Program-made: the position numbers and the translations under genes | Part shown: positions 37,631 to 47,544 of the stretch, piece by piece | Numbering within the stretch: position 1 is the stretch's first letter | Layout of the letters: each line of letters begins with the position of its first letter | Notes under the pieces: generated by a model | Told to the model about the DNA's origin: nothing | The model's database searches: none | What the model saw: only the letters and a program-made list of their open reading frames with translations | IMG/VR virus record: IMGVR_UViG_3300032315_000774 | Span: 1-64,000 of that record | DNA length: 64,000 bases | Source of the DNA: a virus | Strand: one strand, 5' to 3'

Positions 37631-38007
37631 CCTTGCTCCTCAAGCTGTGCTTGTTCGTGCCGTGGCTGCTTCCGCTGTTTCGTCGCGCCGTCGCGAAGCG
37701 GGTCATGCAGCGCATCGCGATGCCTGGTGACTACGCCGAGGCACCGAAGGTGCCAGGCAGCATCGTCGTCGTTGTGGGCCGTCCGTCGACGAAGCGAGCG
37801 ATGATGTTCACGTTGAACACTTCGCTCGAAGTAGAGATGACAGGCGCTGACCTCGGCGTGTCTGGTGACTGCATCGACACTATCTCTGCAAGCTACGACC
37901 TTGCACGAGGCTCGTTCGACGAGCTGCTGGACGTGGTACAGTACGTCAGCTTCGGTATGCTGGTGAGGAACCCACGCGGCGCTGAGTCGAGGTCACCTTC
38001 TTCATGA
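37627..38007 (+). CDS. Hypothetical protein
   Basis: GTGA overlap. Confidence 0.55.
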   Translation: MTLLLKLCLFVPWLLPLFRRAVAKRVMQRIAMPGDYAEAPKVPGSIVVVVGRPSTKRAMMFTLNTSLEVEMTGADLGVSGDCIDTISASYDLARGSFDELLDVVQYVSFGMLVRNPRGAESRSPSS

Positions 38008-38219
38008 ACTACGACGACATCAAGAAGCGCTTTGAGCAGCGTCTGCACGATCTTCGGTCGAAGGCAGGAGAAGAGCGCGACAGAGAAGCGCTCGAACTGG
38101 TGTGGCGTGTCGTCGGCCGCGACTTGACTCGGGCGATGCGAGAGTACGAAGCAGAGCTTCATGACACGTCCAACACTGACCTCGACACGTCCATCGCTGA
38201 CCGACGAAGACGCAGCTGA
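38004..38219 (+). CDS. Hypothetical protein
   Basis: ATGA overlap. Confidence 0.5.
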   Translation: MNYDDIKKRFEQRLHDLRSKAGEERDREALELVWRVVGRDLTRAMREYEAELHDTSNTDLDTSIADRRRRS

Positions 38220-38439
38220 GCTGCGCGCGCTGCGCGTCGCACGCGACCAGTCTTCCGCTCGCATCGAGAAGCTACGGGCGGAGAACTACGCGCTCAGGGC
38301 TTCGGTAGAGCAGGCGCAGACGGCGCTGCGTGATGACCGTGACGAACAGCTGAAGGCGCTGACGGAGCGTGTTCAACAGCTCGAACTCGACATGGACAGC
38401 ATCCGTCGGTGGGGTAGCCCGAGACCTCGTCAGCGGTAA
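38161..38439 (+). CDS. Coiled-coil protein
   Basis: Heptad-like sequence. Confidence 0.5.
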   Translation: MTRPTLTSTRPSLTDEDAAELRALRVARDQSSARIEKLRAENYALRASVEQAQTALRDDRDEQLKALTERVQQLELDMDSIRRWGSPRPRQR

Positions 38440-39093
38440 CCGCACTCGCATCCCCAGAGTACACGCCACACCTTCGCCCACCACGACTGTGGTCGGACTT
38501 CGATGACCCTGACCGTCGACAGCGTGCCCAAACGCGCACTCACGAGCGCCCGCTCTCGTGCGTCGAGCTGTGCCTCTTCACGTGTCTTGCGCAGCGGACC
38601 AGCTGTGCAAGGACAGCCTTCTTGGGCTCGGTATCCGATCGGTTGCATGGCGCGATGTTCGCACAGAGCTGCAGCGCCAACAAGTTGACGTCGGCAAGTC
38701 GACGCCGTACGTTGTGCGTGCAGAGCAAAGGCTCTGCTCTCTTCTTCTACTTGAGCCGTGGAGTGGCCTCGGCTGGCGTCGGGGCCACTCCATGAACCTA
38801 AGCCATCGTCTGCACAGCGAAGTTGTACGGGAGCTGCGCCAACAAGCTGCTGCTTCACGGCACAGGAACGCGCAGCACGAGGCTACGAAGCATCTTCTAC
38901 ACACGCTCGTTCGTGAGGCTCTACCGGACCTGGTGCAGCTCGCTGTGCAGCGCTTGCGTGTGCGCGCTTCGCGTTCGTGATAGAGAAGCGACATGGTCTT
39001 CGCGGCTTTGATCGGTGCAGCTGTCGTCAGCTGCGTGCTTGGTGAGATGGCGCTGCAGGCGTTCATCTGGCTCATCACGAACCGAGGTGGCGA

Positions 39094-39339
39094 GTGACGC
39101 TCGTGTACGTGTGGGCTTCTTGGAGCGAGCCGAGCACACGGTTTCGCGAAGACGCAGAAGCCTACGCGAAGCGACGCGGCTGGCGCTTCGAGCCCTGCAA
39201 CCTCGACCTCGATCTTCCTCCATGCACTGTCGTCGCTTTGCCGACGATCGCGGTGTTCGACGAAGGGGACGCGCTGGTTGACAAGCTCATCGGAGCTGGG
39301 CGACTGGAAGCACTATGTCCAAGCCAGAGAGACGCGTAA
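39094..39339 (+). CDS. Small degenerate thioredoxin-like protein
   Basis: VYVWASWSEPS..VVALPTIAVF..LIG (CxxC replaced by SxxS). Confidence 0.5.
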   Translation: MTLVYVWASWSEPSTRFREDAEAYAKRRGWRFEPCNLDLDLPPCTVVALPTIAVFDEGDALVDKLIGAGRLEALCPSQRDA

Positions 39340-39756
39340 CGCTCGTCGACCTCCGCTCGAAGAACGGAGGCATCATCAAGAAGGGCACGAACTGCTGCGC
39401 CATGCCGCGTGGAAGAGTCTTCACGATCGGTGACGACACGACCGGCGTCGTCATGACGCGCATCCAACCCGAGTGGCTGGGGCCGCGCCTGCGAGGTGCG
39501 CGATGAGCCCCGCGAGCGTCGCTGTGTACCTGAAGATGGCCGACGTTTTCTTCGCGCTTGCAGTTCTTGTCGCGGTCATCATGCTCGCGAACAGGTTCGA
39601 CCCGGCCACGTGCCCACACGCGAACGCGAAGACCGAGGCGCTGTTCGAGCGTTGTCTCAAGCAGCATCCACAGACGGCCGACGTCGTCCTTTGGGCACCC
39701 TCGCCCATCGATCGATGCCTCAACGTCGCGTGCGTGCTGACGTCCACGACCACACC

Positions 39757-39981
39757 ATGAAGTACGACAAGGACACAGGCACGTTCGTAGTCAGCTTCGA
39801 AGAAGTCAAAGCTACGGTCTCTGCGCAGCTGGACGTCGACGAGAAGGGTAACGTCATCAAAGGCACCTGGTGTGATCGAGCTGGGCAGCATCACGTCATC
39901 GAGATCGTGGATGTGTTGAAGCTGACGTGGTGGCAGCGCCTGAAGCAGTGGTGGCGTCGGTTCACACGCCAAGGAGAATAA
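39757..39981 (+). CDS. Hypothetical protein
   Basis: ATGA overlap. Confidence 0.55.
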   Translation: MKYDKDTGTFVVSFEEVKATVSAQLDVDEKGNVIKGTWCDRAGQHHVIEIVDVLKLTWWQRLKQWWRRFTRQGE

Positions 39982-40228
39982 CATGCTTATAACCCGGACT
40001 GACTCACGACTTCCAATGTTCAGATCAAGAATCTGGTCATCGAGTCGACCTTTCGCGACGATGGACACGTGAAGATCATGCTGGTCACTGAGACGTCAGG
40101 TCTTCCGCATCCGCTGTTTCGAGTCAGTGGCTGCTCGAACTTCGTCAGCACGTAGCTTCCGATGATCACCTCTCAGCTGCAGCGGTCGACGAGATCAACG
40201 CATTCTTCGACCGCGTGGAGAGCCTGTC

Positions 40229-40837
40229 ATGAACGACCAAGACATCATCTACGAACTCGTAAAGCAGACTGTTTCGCTCCGCCGTCGACTGCGGAACGCG
40301 CGCGCTGTCTACAACAAGACACGTACACGTGCAGACGAGCTTTCGGACGCCGTAGACCAAGCAAATATGAGAGAGTACGGCGCCACGAAACGTGTGGACG
40401 ACGCGTGCGCTCGTTTGCTGCGCGAGTTCGACATCCCAGCGAACTCCTTCTCCAACACCGACGCCTTTCAGATCGAGGGTGCGATCACGAAGGCGACGAA
40501 CAAGTTTCGCGAGGCCGCTCAAGAAGCGAAGGACGCGAAGACCTTCATCGTAGGTGCGACGAGGCGGTTGATCGAGGAGTTCGGGATTCAGAACCACCAA
40601 CAGCTTGGTCTTCTCGAAGTCGTCGAAGCATGCGTGCGCAAGGCGAAGCAGCCGAACGAAGAGTTGCAGCGAGTGACGCGACAGCTGGAGTCGTTGCAGA
40701 GCCGAGCTGCAGACATGTGCGGAGCGCTGGAAGCGCTGCCCTCGATCGCCGACGCGAACGTGCAGCGCGCATACGTCAGCCTGGCTTTGGAGCTGAAGCG
40801 ACCTGTCAAGTACGCTGTCGTCGACGTCGGTTGTTGA
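40229..40837 (+). CDS. Coiled-coil hypothetical protein
   Basis: 202-aa ORF with GGAG SD. Confidence 0.65.
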   Translation: MNDQDIIYELVKQTVSLRRRLRNARAVYNKTRTRADELSDAVDQANMREYGATKRVDDACARLLREFDIPANSFSNTDAFQIEGAITKATNKFREAAQEAKDAKTFIVGATRRLIEEFGIQNHQQLGLLEVVEACVRKAKQPNEELQRVTRQLESLQSRAADMCGALEALPSIADANVQRAYVSLALELKRPVKYAVVDVGC

Positions 40838-41090
40838 CAGCTCGACTCGGCTTGGCCTAGCTCGAAGGTGTGGTCGACGAGCTGCATCACACCTTGCGCG
40901 ACCCGATCGAGGCCGCAGAGCTGACCTGGGGGCGCTTCGAGCTGCGCTTCGACCCGCCTGTGCCGGTCGTCACACGCCGCCAAACGCACAAGAGGGCACT
41001 CCTGGGCCGCGCAAATGCCGTGGTGGTCGTCGACTACCAGAACGAGACGATGACCTCTCTGAGGCTCGTCCGAGGGCCTTGGAGGCGGTC

Positions 41091-41660
41091 ATGAAGCTGC
41101 AGCGTAAGAGTCGAACCTGGTGGTGGCCCATCCTCGCGCGACTTGCGTGGTGGCACTCGGCCATGCTCACCCACGTCTGGACCACGATCGGCGACACCGT
41201 CTACGTACCAAGCTGTCACGACCGCGACACCGACTGGGGTGCTCCCAGCTGGCAGGCGCGGCATCGTCTGGTGCTGGTCCACGAGCGCGTGCACGTGCGG
41301 CAGTGGCGCGACCTCGGCGTGTTGTTCCCGGTGCTGTACTTCGGTCCTGCGCCGTTCTTCGCGCTCATCGGAGCGGCCTTCATGGTGATGGGCGCGTGGG
41401 GCGTCTGGCTGCCCTCGGCTGCGTTCTTCGCGCTGTCGCTGCTCACAGCACCGCTCAGCGTCGGCCTCGCGTACGGGCGGTGGTGGCTCGAACGAGAAGC
41501 GTACCTCGAAGAGTTCTGGGTCACGAAGCGCGAGCACTTGATCACGCGCACCGACCAGATCGTCGAAGCGCTGTGGCTCGACTATCTCTACACGTGGCCA
41601 CGCGCGTGGATGTTCCACTGGTTCTGGACTCAGTACCAGCGACGTGGAGTTCGCCCGTGA
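41091..41660 (+). CDS. Membrane-associated HExxH metallopeptidase-like protein
   Basis: WTTIG..LVHERVHVRQW..LEREAY. Confidence 0.65.
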   Translation: MKLQRKSRTWWWPILARLAWWHSAMLTHVWTTIGDTVYVPSCHDRDTDWGAPSWQARHRLVLVHERVHVRQWRDLGVLFPVLYFGPAPFFALIGAAFMVMGAWGVWLPSAAFFALSLLTAPLSVGLAYGRWWLEREAYLEEFWVTKREHLITRTDQIVEALWLDYLYTWPRAWMFHWFWTQYQRRGVRP

Positions 41661-41920
41661 GGCGAGCGCCTGTTCAAGGCACGTGGCACCACGACCCTAC
41701 GAAGCGACGTGTCGACGGCTCGATCAGCTGGGAAGAGCACGAGCGCGCCTGGCAAGTATACGCGTCGAAGTTCGGGCACGACCAGAGCGCGCTCCGCATG
41801 GCAGCGCGAGCAGGCTTCGACTACGAAGAGCTGACCCGCTTGCTCGGGCACGAGCCGAAGACCTGGACCGCTGAAGGCTGGGGCGCAGCGCTGCGCGACG
41901 CACAGCTGCGCGAGCGCTGA
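41657..41920 (+). CDS. Hypothetical protein
   Basis: ISWEEHERAWQVY..GHDQSA.RMAARAGF; GTGA overlap. Confidence 0.55.
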   Translation: MRRAPVQGTWHHDPTKRRVDGSISWEEHERAWQVYASKFGHDQSALRMAARAGFDYEELTRLLGHEPKTWTAEGWGAALRDAQLRER

Positions 41921-42733
41921 CTACCTCTCCTTCGGATCTGCGGGCAGCGTTACGTACGAGTAGTCCTCAACCAGCGTTACGTACGGGTGCGAGTCTACGT
42001 ACTCGCGCAGTTTGTGCTGTAGGGGACGCACGGCGACAACCTTGCCGTCATGGAACGTGACGACAACCTGCTCACCGAGGCATGGTGGACGTGACACGCC
42101 TGGATAAAAAGAGGTGACCGAGAACTGACACACATCGGAGTTGCTGAAGCGGATGGTGCCGGTGAGAGACGGCGGGTTGTACGACTCCACGAAACCGACA
42201 AGCACACCTTCGCCCTTCACGGCGGGCTTTGACTCCGGTGCTGGCGTGCTTGGCGTGGTCTTCTCGACGAGGCCGACATACCGAATGTTCCGGAAGTTTC
42301 GGCTCAGCTCTCGGAGCTTGCGGCGCTCCTCATCGGCGGCGTCCTGCAGCATCTTGATGTTCCTGCAGATCTTCGCGTGCTCACGACCGCACGCGGACAG
42401 ACCGTCGTCGGCGATGACGCCCTGCTTGACGAGCTGATCGTGCTTGAGGAACACCTTGCCCGTTGCTGCGCACTCGAAGCCTTCGATCTCGCGGTTCGGG
42501 TCGCTGATGTGGCGCAGTGCGTACACCTTGTGGCCTTCCAAGCATTCGATGTCGCCGAAGCCCATCGTCTGCGCGAGCGCGAGCAGGAACGTCTTGATCG
42601 TAGCCTCAGATCGATCGGGAGCGTCGATCATCATCCTGTTCATGATGCCTCGGTACTGAGGCTCTGATGCGCGGAAACAGACGTATCCGAGCGTGGAAAG
42701 ATTGATCTGACCGAGAATGCGTGTGTAGTCCAT
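41921..42733 (-). CDS. Hypothetical protein with C-terminal cold-shock/OB-like domain
   Basis: GFVESYN..TGTI..F..TSF..GEQVVVTF. Confidence 0.55.
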   Translation of the reverse strand: MDYTRILGQINLSTLGYVCFRASEPQYRGIMNRMMIDAPDRSEATIKTFLLALAQTMGFGDIECLEGHKVYALRHISDPNREIEGFECAATGKVFLKHDQLVKQGVIADDGLSACGREHAKICRNIKMLQDAADEERRKLRELSRNFRNIRYVGLVEKTTPSTPAPESKPAVKGEGVLVGFVESYNPPSLTGTIRFSNSDVCQFSVTSFYPGVSRPPCLGEQVVVTFHDGKVVAVRPLQHKLREYVDSHPYVTLVEDYSYVTLPADPKER

Positions 42734-43018
42734 GCTGCACGCTAACGCTGCGTGCAGATACAGGTCAACGGAGCACGGTCGTGAAGTGCGTGCCGTTGAG
42801 CGCTTCGACTTGCTCGCGACCCCAGAGCGCTGCACCCGCTGCCGACCACACACGTTCACAGCTCGCGAGCTTGACGTCGTCACGGAACACTTCGACCGCG
42901 AAGCGCACAGGACGCACTTCGATCGCGTCGAAGTGCTGGCGCGAGAGGACGCGGTGAAGATGTGGCCACGAACGAACGCGCACCGAGTATCGTCGCGTCA
43001 GCTTCACGACAGGGAACC

Positions 43019-43402
43019 TCACGCGAGCGCCCAGTGGTTGATGATCAGGTGCAGCGTGTTGTCGGCGATGATGAGCAGCCAGACCGCAAGCCACGGTGGC
43101 CGATCCTGGTCGTAGCCCGTCTGCTTGCAGCGCTCCCACGACGGCCACTGCGAACGCGGTGCGAGGAAGTTCTTCGCGAAGACCACGTACCGCGCGAGAC
43201 CGAAGTGGTCGATGACCACGTGACTCGCGACGACCACGACCCACGCCCACACAGACGTCGCCACGAACAGGAACGGCACCCCGTACGCCACGCCGTGCGC
43301 GACAGCTGCGAGCCAGCTCTGTCGCTTGTGGAGCGCCATCCAGTCACTCTGCAGAAGGTAGTCGCCGATGAGATGTGCCAGCAGCTCGTTCATCCAGTTC
43401 AT
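43019..43402 (-). CDS. DUF3307-like membrane protein
   Basis: AHLIGDYLLQSDWMA.HK..H..Y..SH..ID..DNTLH. Confidence 0.75.
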   Translation of the reverse strand: MNWMNELLAHLIGDYLLQSDWMALHKRQSWLAAVAHGVAYGVPFLFVATSVWAWVVVVASHVVIDHFGLARYVVFAKNFLAPRSQWPSWERCKQTGYDQDRPPWLAVWLLIIADNTLHLIINHWALA

Positions 43403-44022
43403 GGTCTGACGGTGTAGTCGAGGCGGGCGCCCCTGGCAAAGATCTTCATCTGGTTCTGCTTCGGGATCGCCACCGTGATGAGCGGAGGTCCGCATTGATG
43501 TGCGAGCGCGCGCCTGAATGCTTCGCCCGCTTCGTCGTACCGAACGCCGAAGTTCCCGCAGCCCCACGCACCCGTCACGAGGTGCTCGAACCCTTGCGTG
43601 GCGACGACCGCGAAGAGCCCTGCGAGGTAGTCTTCGTACGAAGGCATCCAGCTCTTGGGCGCCGCACAGAACGCGAAGCCCAGGTCGTACTTTGGCACCG
43701 TCACGAGAAGGATGTTGCCGGTGCCGTTCTCGTCCGCACGAGCGCCTGCTTCGTAGAACGGCTTAGCGTCGTCACTCAGCAGCGTGTCGTAGAACGGGAA
43801 CTCGCGGAGCAGATCTTCTTCTTGGCCGACGGCTCCGTACTTGTAGCCGCCACCGATGCTGCGCTCGCTCGCGAAGACATGGATGCAGGTCTTCTTGTTC
43901 GACTCACGTGCAGCAGTCGCCGCGTCGATGACTCGCGCTTGCACACGTGACTCGCGTGCCGTGCTCGCCTTCGCGAGCACGTGCGCTTCCCGTCGCCTGA
44001 AGAACTGAACGGTTGTGGTCAC
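43399..44022 (-). CDS. Microbial-type PARG macrodomain (DUF2263/TIGR02452-like)
   Basis: FAS...GGGY..GAVGQEEDL.R; LVTGAWGCGNFG. Confidence 0.85.
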   Translation of the reverse strand: MTTTVQFFRRREAHVLAKASTARESRVQARVIDAATAARESNKKTCIHVFASERSIGGGYKYGAVGQEEDLLREFPFYDTLLSDDAKPFYEAGARADENGTGNILLVTVPKYDLGFAFCAAPKSWMPSYEDYLAGLFAVVATQGFEHLVTGAWGCGNFGVRYDEAGEAFRRALAHQCGPPLITVAIPKQNQMKIFARGARLDYTVRP

Positions 44023-44025
44023 AGG

Positions 44026-44415
44026 TCACCCCAGGTAGTAGTCGAGGTACACAACGTCGTCGCTCGCGACGACGTTGAACGGAGGTCCCTCGCCACGCTC
44101 GATCAGCGCCTGCAGCGTCGGCACCATGCTCAGGTCGACCTTGTTGACGCCATGCTCGCGCAAGTCGCCCGCGATCATCTGAACGAACACAGCCCAGCAG
44201 TCACGAGGCGGCCACTTCGCAATCTCTTCGTCGTCCCACGCACCGAAGTCGCCAAGCCACTCGCGAAGTGCGGCGAGCGGTGGCGGTTCGGAGACCAACC
44301 ACGAGCTGCGCTTCTTGGCGATGTCACGCGCGTGCTTGTACGTGATCTCTCCGGCCTTCTCGCCCAGCTCCATGACGGAAGCGGAGCAGACGCGCGGGTC
44401 GAACTGCGAGAACAT
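44026..44415 (-). CDS. Hypothetical protein
   Basis: SASVMELG..AG.IT..FGAWDDEEI..FVQMIAGDLRE. Confidence 0.6.
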   Translation of the reverse strand: MFSQFDPRVCSASVMELGEKAGEITYKHARDIAKKRSSWLVSEPPPLAALREWLGDFGAWDDEEIAKWPPRDCWAVFVQMIAGDLREHGVNKVDLSMVPTLQALIERGEGPPFNVVASDDVVYLDYYLG

Positions 44416-44442
44416 CTTGGTGAGGTTGATTCGAATGTTCAC

Positions 44443-44514
44443 CAGGGCCGGAGAGATTCGAACTCTCGTCGTCGGTTTTGGAAACCGCTGCACTGACCGC
44501 TGTGCTACGACCCT
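44443..44514 (-). tRNA. trnW: tRNA-Trp(CCA) with G27.A43 mismatch (4-bp anticodon stem)
   Basis: AGGGTCG/CGGCCCT acceptor; GCGGT TTCCAAA ACCGA; GAGAG TTCGAAT CTCTC. Confidence 0.9.
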
Positions 44515-44519
44515 ATCAT

Positions 44520-44590
44520 CAGGGGCTGAAGGACTCGAACCTTCTTACGCGGATTCAAAGTCCGCTGCTCAACCCATGAGCCAAACCCCT
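44520..44590 (-). tRNA. trnQ: tRNA-Gln(UUG)
   Basis: GCGGA CTTTGAA TCCGC; GAAGG TTCGAGT CCTTC. Confidence 0.85.
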
Positions 44591-44607
44591 GCGCTACGTG
44601 TACCACG

Positions 44608-44967
44608 TCAGCGACGCGGTGTCTTGCTTCCTGTGTAGCCCTGACGCGCCCACGCGAGGCCCGTCGGCGTCCACTGCCCTTCGGGCGTCAGCACACGGCG
44701 CTCGACGAGCACAGCGTGCACACGGTCGACCTCGCCATCGCCGAACAGTGCTCGCAGCTCGGCCTCGGTCTCGGTCTCGGTCTTGTCGTGCAGCGCCTTC
44801 GCCAGCCGCACTTGCGTGAGCTTGCCAAGAGGCTTCGGCTGCAGTCGCTTCCGTGCAGCAGTCACGAGCTGTACCTTGCAGCTCAGCAAGCGCGCGATCT
44901 CCACGTCGCTCTTCGTCGCGTTCGCACGCACGAACTCCTGCACTTCGTGCGGCTCCAGATTCAACAC
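44608..44967 (-). CDS. HTH-like protein
   Basis: KSDVEIARLLSCKVQLVTAARKRL. Confidence 0.55.
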   Translation of the reverse strand: MLNLEPHEVQEFVRANATKSDVEIARLLSCKVQLVTAARKRLQPKPLGKLTQVRLAKALHDKTETETEAELRALFGDGEVDRVHAVLVERRVLTPEGQWTPTGLAWARQGYTGSKTPRR

Positions 44968-45662
44968 TTCCAGTGCTCCTTTCCGAGACCCAAGAACGCC
45001 TTGACCTCGACGTTCAGTTGCTCGCGCATGTCGTCGCTCAGGCGACCGACACGGAACATGATGATCATGTGGTGCCGACGCACCTCGATCCAGTAGATGT
45101 AGTCGATGGGCAGAGGGTCCCACTCGATGACGACGTCACGACCTGGAGGCCCATTGTGCAGGATGTACTTGTAGTCGGTCAGCTCGTCGAACGTCTTGAT
45201 CTCTCCTAGACGAAACTCGGGGTGTCGTCTCCAGTACGCCGCGCTGCGGTTGCCTTCTCCGTGGTCGTGGTCCGCCAGCTCGTAGCGATAGTCGAGGCCG
45301 CGACTCATCATCAGCTCTGCGAACGTCTTCCCCTCGCGAGCCATCGTGGCGAGTCGAGGGTCGAAGGCGTGCTTCGGGAGCAGACCGTCGGCGACGAGGA
45401 CGTCCCGCTGCTTCGGCGCGCAGCCTCGCATCACCAGAGTGCTGTACATCGACTCGTAGCACTTCGACGACTTCAGCCCTGCGAAGACACCCTTGACCAA
45501 GGGGACACGACGCTCGCACATCGTGACCTCGGGCAGCTCTTCCTCCACCAGGTACTCGGGCTGTCGGTACACTTCGTACGGCAGCGACCGCTTCTTCGCT
45601 CGCGCTTCGATCGACGCCTTGCGCTCGGGGTTCGCGTGATCGAGCCAGTTGAACGTGATCAT
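44961..45662 (-). CDS. Hypothetical protein
   Basis: 233 aa, AGGAG SD. Confidence 0.65.
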   Translation of the reverse strand: MITFNWLDHANPERKASIEARAKKRSLPYEVYRQPEYLVEEELPEVTMCERRVPLVKGVFAGLKSSKCYESMYSTLVMRGCAPKQRDVLVADGLLPKHAFDPRLATMAREGKTFAELMMSRGLDYRYELADHDHGEGNRSAAYWRRHPEFRLGEIKTFDELTDYKYILHNGPPGRDVVIEWDPLPIDYIYWIEVRRHHMIIMFRVGRLSDDMREQLNVEVKAFLGLGKEHWKC

Positions 45663-45721
45663 GTTGATCTCCTGGGAAGTCGGTGCCGCCCGAACTCATC
45701 GAGCGGCACCGACTTACTCGT

Positions 45722-46717
45722 TCACTCTGCGTCGGTGCCCTCGACGATGTCGCGCCAGAGGCGCTTGGCCGACGGGTTCTTGATCTCCGTCCCGAGCGCC
45801 CAGCGCAGCACCTCGTTCATGCCACGCAGCATGGCCGCGTCCTCGCCCGAGTGATCGCGGATCGCCTGCTGGATGAGCGCCTGCACCTCCTCGATGCGCC
45901 GACGACCCGGGCGCTTGACCGGGACTTCGACCTCGTCGAGCCCCTTGCCGGTACGAGCCGCCTTGACGACGGCAGCGACCTCGTTCGTCGACGCCTTCGT
46001 CGGCGACATGCCCTTCGTCGGCTCGCGCACGGCGACGATCGCCGTGATGTCGCTGAGCGCCGACACTTGCTGCTCGCGGCTGAGCTTGGCGAGGTCGACA
46101 ATGCTGGTCGACGGAATCTTGCCCGTCTCGATCGCCTCCTGCAGAGCGGGCTCCAGGCTCATGAACAGCCACCACTTCTCACAGGTCATCCATGAGATCT
46201 TGGCCTCGCGCATGAGCGCGGCGCGCGCCGCCGCTTCATCGATGCCCTCGCGCTGCGCCTGGCGCACGTAGGACGCGTACTTGATCGCGGCCGAGCGGAA
46301 CGAGTCGTTGACTCGGTCCTCGTTCGCTACGATGGCGAGCCGCGTCAGGTCGAGCGTCGTGCCCTCGACCATCTTGTACTGGATCTTGAAGAGCCCTTCG
46401 GGCTTGGGCTCCTGACCCGGTCCCGGGACGTAGCCGGTGTTGATGAAGTTGATCGCCGCCCAGCGGTGGCGGCCGTTCACCACCAGCAGACGCGGAGCGC
46501 CATTCGGCAGCTCCCCGTCCTGGCAGACCTGGATCGGCGTCCGCTGACCCTCGCGCAGGAGCGACTGCACGAGGTCGCTGTCGACCTTCGTGTCGTCGTA
46601 GAGCGGGTGCCCCGGAGGGGGCAAGCTGATCGCGGCCGGGTCGATCGCGAGCAGGTCGCTGCGCGAGACCTCGAAGCCTGCCGCCTTGAGCTTGTTGATG
46701 TTCTTGGTGCCGCCCAT
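45722..46717 (-). CDS. ParB/Srx-like N-terminal domain protein
   Basis: LVQSLLREGQRTPIQV..LVVNGRHRWAA..ANEDR; GAGGAG SD. Confidence 0.8.
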   Translation of the reverse strand: MGGTKNINKLKAAGFEVSRSDLLAIDPAAISLPPPGHPLYDDTKVDSDLVQSLLREGQRTPIQVCQDGELPNGAPRLLVVNGRHRWAAINFINTGYVPGPGQEPKPEGLFKIQYKMVEGTTLDLTRLAIVANEDRVNDSFRSAAIKYASYVRQAQREGIDEAAARAALMREAKISWMTCEKWWLFMSLEPALQEAIETGKIPSTSIVDLAKLSREQQVSALSDITAIVAVREPTKGMSPTKASTNEVAAVVKAARTGKGLDEVEVPVKRPGRRRIEEVQALIQQAIRDHSGEDAAMLRGMNEVLRWALGTEIKNPSAKRLWRDIVEGTDAE

Positions 46718-46760
46718 TGTTTTCTCCTCTTCTTCTTTCGTGTCGTGATGACGTCAGACT

Positions 46761-47036
46761 CTACTTCACTTCGCGTGCCAACCGCTGGCGTCGGTTGGCC
46801 TCGTCCACAGCCGCGATGCCGAGCGTGCTGTCTTCACGCGACGACGCCACCAGCTGCGCAAGCTGCGCGTCCGTCAGCTCCGCCCACAGCCGAGCGAGCT
46901 GCGCGCGCTGCTTGGTGAGCTGCGCCGCGCGATCTCGCGCGAGGTTCTTGTCGTGGTAGATGTACCAGTCGGCGCCGCTCGGCGCGGTGCCGACGTAGGT
47001 CGTGACGTCGGAGTCGTTGATGGCGAAGTCGCTCAC
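46761..47036 (-). CDS. Hypothetical protein ending LAREVK
   Basis: GTG 12 nt after motif copy 16. Confidence 0.65.
   Translation of the reverse strand: MSDFAINDSDVTTYVGTAPSGADWYIYHDKNLARDRAAQLTKQRAQLARLWAELTDAQLAQLVASSREDSTLGIAAVDEANRRQRLAREVK
46765..46780 (-). promoter_or_regulatory. Motif copy 15
   Basis: Exact copy, 47 nt before the SD-led ParB ATG. Confidence 0.8.
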
Positions 47037-47281
47037 GCTTGCTCCTTCTTCACTTCGCGTGCCAACGCCACGCGGCGACGCAGCTCTGCATCGGCCTCGA
47101 TGCGCAGCTCGGTGCCGATCGCGGCTCGTGACACGATGTACTGGACCTGCGCGTCGGTTTGACGCGCCCACATCGCGCGCAGCATGCGACGCTGCGCCTC
47201 GATCTTCTCGACGTTACCGTCGTAGACGGTCCAACGGACGTCGCTCGGTGAGGTTCCGACATACACAGGCTGGTTCTTCAT
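47033..47281 (-). CDS. Hypothetical protein ending LAREVKKEQA; paralog of 46761-47036
   Basis: Shared YVGT.PS..W..Y and WA..TDAQ. Confidence 0.7.
   Translation of the reverse strand: MKNQPVYVGTSPSDVRWTVYDGNVEKIEAQRRMLRAMWARQTDAQVQYIVSRAAIGTELRIEADAELRRRVALAREVKKEQA
47049..47064 (-). promoter_or_regulatory. Motif copy 16
   Basis: Exact copy, 12 nt before GTG. Confidence 0.8.
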
Positions 47282-47293
47282 GCCACTTCCTAC

Positions 47294-47309
47294 TTCACTT
47301 CGCGTGCCA
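47294..47309 (-). promoter_or_regulatory. Motif copy 17
   Basis: Exact copy, 12 nt before ATG. Confidence 0.8.
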
Positions 47310-47312
47310 AGC

Positions 47313-47516
47313 TCAGAGGGCCACGAGCCAGAACATCGACCCGTTGGTTCGGCGCTTGGCCAGCTTGCGCGCTTCGAGCGCTTCGCAGGTGCGGTGCCAG
47401 CTTCCGAGCGCCAAGCCGCTTCCCTTGTTGCCGCTGGTCTCTGGCTGCCGGACGCCTGTCGGTCCTGCAGCTCGGGCCGCTTCGAGCAGCTTCTTCTGAG
47501 CGGAGCTGAGCTTCAT
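47313..47516 (-). CDS. Small hypothetical protein
   Basis: ATG 12 nt after motif copy 18. Confidence 0.6.
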   Translation of the reverse strand: MKLSSAQKKLLEAARAAGPTGVRQPETSGNKGSGLALGSWHRTCEALEARKLAKRRTNGSMFWLVAL

Positions 47517-47528
47517 GCTGGTGTCTAC

Positions 47529-47544
47529 TTCAGATTGCATGCCA
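47529..47544 (-). promoter_or_regulatory. Motif copy 18 (divergent TGGCATGCAATCTGAA)
   Basis: Keeps TGGCA and TGAA at the same spacing, 12 nt before ATG. Confidence 0.65.

Noticed and set aside
38430-39090. Gene calls in this stretch
   Set aside because: Several short overlapping ORFs on both strands with no decisive signal
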